Shown here: positions 59,997 to 64,000 of the stretch, piece by piece | Layout: every line of letters begins with the position of its first letter | How positions within the stretch are numbered: position 1 is the first letter of the stretch | DNA from: Spirochaetia bacterium | GTDB lineage: Bacteria > Spirochaetota > Spirochaetia > SZUA-6 > Bin103 | Assembly (NCBI GenBank): GCA_965198005.1 | Contig: CBDAOI010000004.1 | Coordinates: forward strand, 1,536,001-1,600,000 | DNA: 64,000 bases | Direction of reading: 5' to 3' | The notes under the pieces: generated by a model | Seen by the model: the letters and a program-made list of their open reading frames with translations, nothing else | Told to the model about the DNA's origin: nothing | Database searches by the model: none | Program-made: the position numbers and the translations under genes

Positions 59997-61807
59997 CTAA
60001 TAACCCATGGCTTCCTTCATCTCGGAATCAATCCAGAGGCGGGCCCATAACTGACCATAACGCTGCCCCCAACCCAGCTGGAATTCACCGTTGTAGCCTA
60101 CGAGCCACGGCTGGTTCACGTTAAACATTGGGACTTTGAAGTACCATACGTAGTAATGGTTCTTAATCATGTACGCATCCGCCTCTTTCAGTCGCCTCTG
60201 CTGGTCCTCCAAGGTGGTAGCGGCTTCGGCGGCTTCAATCAAGCTATCAAGATGCTCGTCCTGTACTCCCGGTATGTTAACCGTTCCTTCCGAGTGACCA
60301 AAAGCGCGCATCATCCACATGGGGTCTCCATGATCGAACCCCAACATCGCCGATGTCATACCTTCGTAGCTATGGTCACGTGAAATAGCTTGCCAATGAC
60401 CAGAGGTGTCGACGGGTACATTTACCTCTACATCAACGCCAATCGCAGCCCAGTAGTCGGCAGCTATTTCTGAAAGGCTTGTGTCCCCTAACGCCACCCC
60501 AAACTGCGTCTGGGTGGTCTTGAATCTAATGCCATCCGCACCGCGCGGGTATCCAGCCTCATCAAGCAGCTTCTCGGCCCCTTCCGGGTCATACCTATAG
60601 CCTTTCTTGACCTCTTCGGGCCACTCATCAAATGGGACGAAATAATCCACAACACCGTCACCTATCACCCCCTGAGGTATCCACTTAGCCCGACCCTTGT
60701 AGTAGGCATTGTTGACTGTCTCGAGGTCCTGAGCCATCTGCATTGCCTTGCGCACCCGGATGTCGTCAAAGGGCGACTGACTTACGTTCATGGCAAAAGA
60801 TGTGTAGTCCGACCGAAATTGGTACGGGAGAAACTTGAGTTCGGGGTTGGTCTTCTGGAGGCCATCTACTTGGTCGAGTCTTGTTTCACTGCCGCCACTG
60901 AAACCCATGTAATCAATCTTACCCGTGCGCATTGCCGAAATACGCGTTGCCTCATCTTCCATCATCAGGAGCCTTATCTCGTCAAAATAAGGCAAGCGGT
61001 TCTCCGGGAACTTCTCGTCATAGCCCCAGTAGTCAGGATTCTTGGTCCAGGTGGCAGAGGTCGCCTCGACAACATCAGTCAGCATAAAGGGACCGGTGCC
61101 GACCAGGTTCCTCCAATCGTTAGCGTCCCCGTGTTCCTCGATTACCTCGGGGGGATATATATAAGGATCATAGTTGTTGAAGATAACCGACAGCACCCCG
61201 AGGTATGGCTTCGTCAGCTTAAAAACAACCGTCCAATCGTCGGTAGCCGTTACCGATTCAATTGGCAGGCTCTCATATTTTTGGACAGGTCCAAATTCAC
61301 TCCACTTGCCCAGACCAAAATAGCGGTGCCAGTTGTATTCCACATCCTTGGCAGTTAGCTCCCGACCGTTCATCGGCTCCTTATCGTGCCAGTGAACGCC
61401 CTTGCGGATGTAGAAGACTATCGTTGTGTCGTCGGGCGTTTCCCAGCTTTCCGCCAGCTGCCCTATCATGACCCAGAGAGGTACAGCCGACTAATGTGGT
61501 CATGTACGTCCCTATCTATTCCCCAGTCCGCGATGGATAGCCTCTCGACGACGCCACCCGCCGCAGCTAGGCCGCCGGTGGGTGTGGGATAACTGTCAGT
61601 GTTTTGACCTGTTTGGTATCGGCTGACCCAGGTGAATGTCCCGCCATACTCTGGCGCGGGCACCTCCTTGCCGGTGGTGGGGTCGGTCACGTACTTCTTG
61701 TCGGCGGCCGCTGCCGGCTCCTCTTCTGAGCCAGCGGCCCACAGGCCGGTTGCGCTCAGAATCAGGACCAACGTAATCGCGAAGGTCCTTGCAAAAAATA
61801 TCTTCAT
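59997..61807 (-). pseudogene. Family-5 ABC substrate-binding protein split by one frameshift near 61470-61500
   Basis: N-part ends ..HDHISRLYLSGS*; C-part VPLWVMIGQLAESWE.. is in another frame. Real lesion or sequencing error. Confidence 0.9.
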
Positions 61808-62020
61808 CGTTTCTTCCTTGAATGTTATTTCGAGAGTATTGCGGAGCGACTTGCGCTCCCTGGCTACTCTCATGCCCGCAACAGCGGGCGCGCCCGCCAA
61901 TGCAGACGGCCAGTTTGAGTCAAATGGCTGAAGCGCGCGGCGTGTGACTCACCGGGTTCGCCCGGGCTCACGCCGCGCGCGCGTGCGGTTCTTTCAGTAT
62001 CATCTTCACCTCCTTCTTGG
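61808..62020 (-). promoter_or_regulatory. Conserved structured leader with uORF MILKEPHARAA (61968-62003)
   Basis: Third copy of the leader. Confidence 0.75.
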
Positions 62021-62359
62021 GGCACAGGGTGCCCTGCCAGATGGCTGACGTAAGATGGGATCCGCGTGCGCGCCCCATCATGCAAACGCCCACCGCTCGG
62101 CGGACGTCGGGACCTGCGTCACAACGCCACGCGGGGCGGTGGTCGGCCGAGCAACGAATGTGTTTGGCCGGCGACGTGGGCGGTCGGTTCTGTGACGGTG
62201 AGTTGGGGGGCGGGGATCCAGGACCGTTGCGGTCGTAGCCGGCCGCTACCCCGGTGCTGAAGGCGACGGCGTGCGCGGGGGCACGTAGGGGGCGATCAGC
62301 CGGAGCGGTTAGTTGATTCTCGGTTTGAAAAAGTGGGGGGGGGGTATGATGCACCGGTC

Positions 62360-62770
62360 GCGTCACAGCGAACCGGTCACTGCGCTTACGCCATCCTGGC
62401 GCGTCATCGTGACGCTTCATGACCATCCGTCGAACCCCAGGCGAGGCACGCTAGCATAGGCGCGGCGCGCCGTCAACGACTCGTGGGGGTCACCGAAGGT
62501 CACCGCCAACCCGTCACCGCGCTGTCGCCATCCTGGCGCCTCATGCCATCCTGGCACGTCATCATGGCAGTTCATCACCGATCCGTCGAACCCCACGCGA
62601 CGCAAGCTTGCTATGGACGCGGCCAGCCTGTCAACGACTCGGAGGTCACCGAGGTCACCGACCGTGACCGCCAACTGGCCACTGCGCTGGCGGTCGTCGT
62701 GGCGCTTCATCCTCATCGACTCTAACCCGGAACGGTGCACTCTCTCGCGAGCGCGGCCACCCTGTCAACA
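62360..62770 (-). repeat. Tandem array of three ~130-160-bp units
   Basis: gtcaac at 62472, 62630 and 62764; same unit as 54230-54740. Confidence 0.9.
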
Positions 62771-63266
62771 GCGCCGACCCGTGGGTGCGGGCGAACGAAG
62801 TTCGCGCCGCCGACAGGGAACTCCCGCGGTATCACGCCGGATGAGCGGTGTGACCTCCACCCGTGGCTCCATCCCTGGCGCCACGGGTGGCATGCAGCCT
62901 CCAGACCGCGACAGGACGTCGGGGGCTGGGAGCGGTTGTTGCTCTTTTCCGGAGGCGCGCCCGGAACGTGCCCGACCAGGTCAACGAGCGCCGGGCTGGG
63001 CATGGGCGTGAGCTGGCCGGTCAGCTCGAAGCGGCGCCTCGCATCGTAGTGTCTGCGCATCATAGGGCACCGCAGACCCAGTCGGCGAAGTGCACAGGTA
63101 ACTCATCACACGACTGACGCGTCGTCCGTTCGTGGGCCCCGTCCATGGGGCCCAGCACAGGCGTTCCCGCGCCATGGAGGGCGCGGGCGATTGCGCGCGT
63201 CCGGAGTCACCACCCATCACGCTCACCAGCGACGGGTCATGGAACCCGCTGACCGAGCCGGTCAGT
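62730..63266 (-). repeat. Repeat 'R', copy 5 (longest)
   Basis: Contains all the hairpins seen in the other copies. Confidence 0.9.
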
Positions 63267-63329
63267 CTGAAAGCAGCGACTGGCATCGCAGGGTCTTTGC
63301 ATCATCGTGGCGAAGGTCGGAGGCCACCA

Positions 63330-63482
63330 CCCGGCAGTAGCCGGCGGCTGGGAGGCCACGCCACACGAGCCGTGAACCCGCTCCCCACCGACCGTCGGCA
63401 GGCCGCTCTTTGAATTCATCGCGACCTGCAACCTGGCAACCTGCTGGCGGGAGACGGCAGGCTCAACGGCGTGATCGACTAG
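63330..63482 (+). pseudogene. Aminoglycoside-phosphotransferase-family fragment
   Basis: IHRDLQPGNLLAGDGRLNGVID* (HxDLxxxN..IDF motif), with stops. Confidence 0.65.
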
Positions 63483-63493
63483 TTGCTTCGAAA

Positions 63494-63790
63494 TCAGGTA
63501 CGACGCTGCCAGCGACGAGGATCTCGCCTGGCGTGCATGCATGCGACGACGACAATAGTGTCGCCATAGATGCGGTAGAAGAGCCCGTAAGGAAACCGCT
63601 GTGGGATTAGACCGCGCCGGGTGTCGCGGTACAGGACAGGAAACGATTCAGGGTGATCGAGCAGTCGCTCTTGCATCGACCTCAGTGCTGCGAGGAACTG
63701 TTCGCCCAAGCCCGGCTGCTGTGTCTCGTACCAGTGAAAGGCATCCTCGATGTCGGCGGCAGCCGCCGGCCGGATGACGACCCGCTTCAC
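63494..63790 (-). CDS. RelE/ParE-family toxin
   Basis: AAADIEDAFHWYETQQPGLGEQF, RFPYGLFY, VACMHARRDP. Confidence 0.92.
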   Translation of the reverse strand: MKRVVIRPAAAADIEDAFHWYETQQPGLGEQFLAALRSMQERLLDHPESFPVLYRDTRRGLIPQRFPYGLFYRIYGDTIVVVACMHARRDPRRWQRRT

Positions 63791-63978
63791 CGGTGCCGAC
63801 TGCGAATCCGGCTAAGGACCTCCTCCCAGGGGATGCCGACCGGACCCTCGACATCTAGCTCGTCCAGCCGTCGGTCGAGTTCCGCGCACTGCGCTTCGGT
63901 GAGCAGAATCGCTTCGGGCGTGGCCGCCAGGCTGTCCCAGAGCGCGTCCAGGAGGCTCAGGCGCTCCTGCGGCGTCAT
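63787..63978 (-). CDS. Addiction-module antitoxin (true start may lie at or beyond the window edge)
   Basis: ERLSLLDALWDSL..AELDRRL..GIPWEEV. Confidence 0.9.
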   Translation of the reverse strand: MTPQERLSLLDALWDSLAATPEAILLTEAQCAELDRRLDELDVEGPVGIPWEEVLSRIRSRHR

Positions 63979-64000
63979 TGATGCGATGTCTAAACCGCGG

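Noticed and set aside
62722-63063. Protein MMRRHYDARRRFELTGQ.. encoded by repeat R
   Set aside because: Copies differ by frame-breaking indels and deletions; open frames are expected at this GC content.
1-64000. Diversity-generating retroelement or retron explaining the near-duplicates
   Set aside because: No reverse transcriptase motif seen, and differences between duplicates do not look adenine-specific.

Overview
High-GC bacterial chromosomal window, most likely from a spirochaete. This is inferred from a pallilysin-related adhesin-like gene beside purB/guaA and SPOR/bactofilin genes, and from 'LWAAG..EE' N-termini on the binding proteins. A core block at about 5.7-15.6 kb (map, bactofilin, LapA-like, SPOR, adhesin, purB, guaA, BMP-like lipoprotein) sits in a heavily eroded accessory region. 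That region holds four lower-GC family-5 (Opp/Dpp-type) ABC importer operons plus one decayed high-GC copy, none with an ATPase gene. It also holds about 11 type II toxin-antitoxin loci plus two TA-like two-gene cassettes (toxins often broken while antitoxins are intact), an intact IS1634, IS3/IS21/IS5-like remnants and many gene fragments. The strongest unexplained signals are: (1) a DUF222-HNH gene bounded by an exact 12-bp direct repeat with inverted arms, a candidate self-contained mobile element; (2) a regulatory stack repeated upstream of three binding-protein operons, made of a copy-number-variable ~130-bp promoter-bearing tandem array, a poly-G tract in two copies, and a structured leader with a conserved uORF (MILKEP...) and alternative pairings; and (3) a ~550-bp multi-hairpin non-coding repeat in five copies at ABC/TA boundaries. 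No CRISPR array, rRNA, tRNA or reverse transcriptase was recognised. All family calls come from motifs read by eye, not from database searches.
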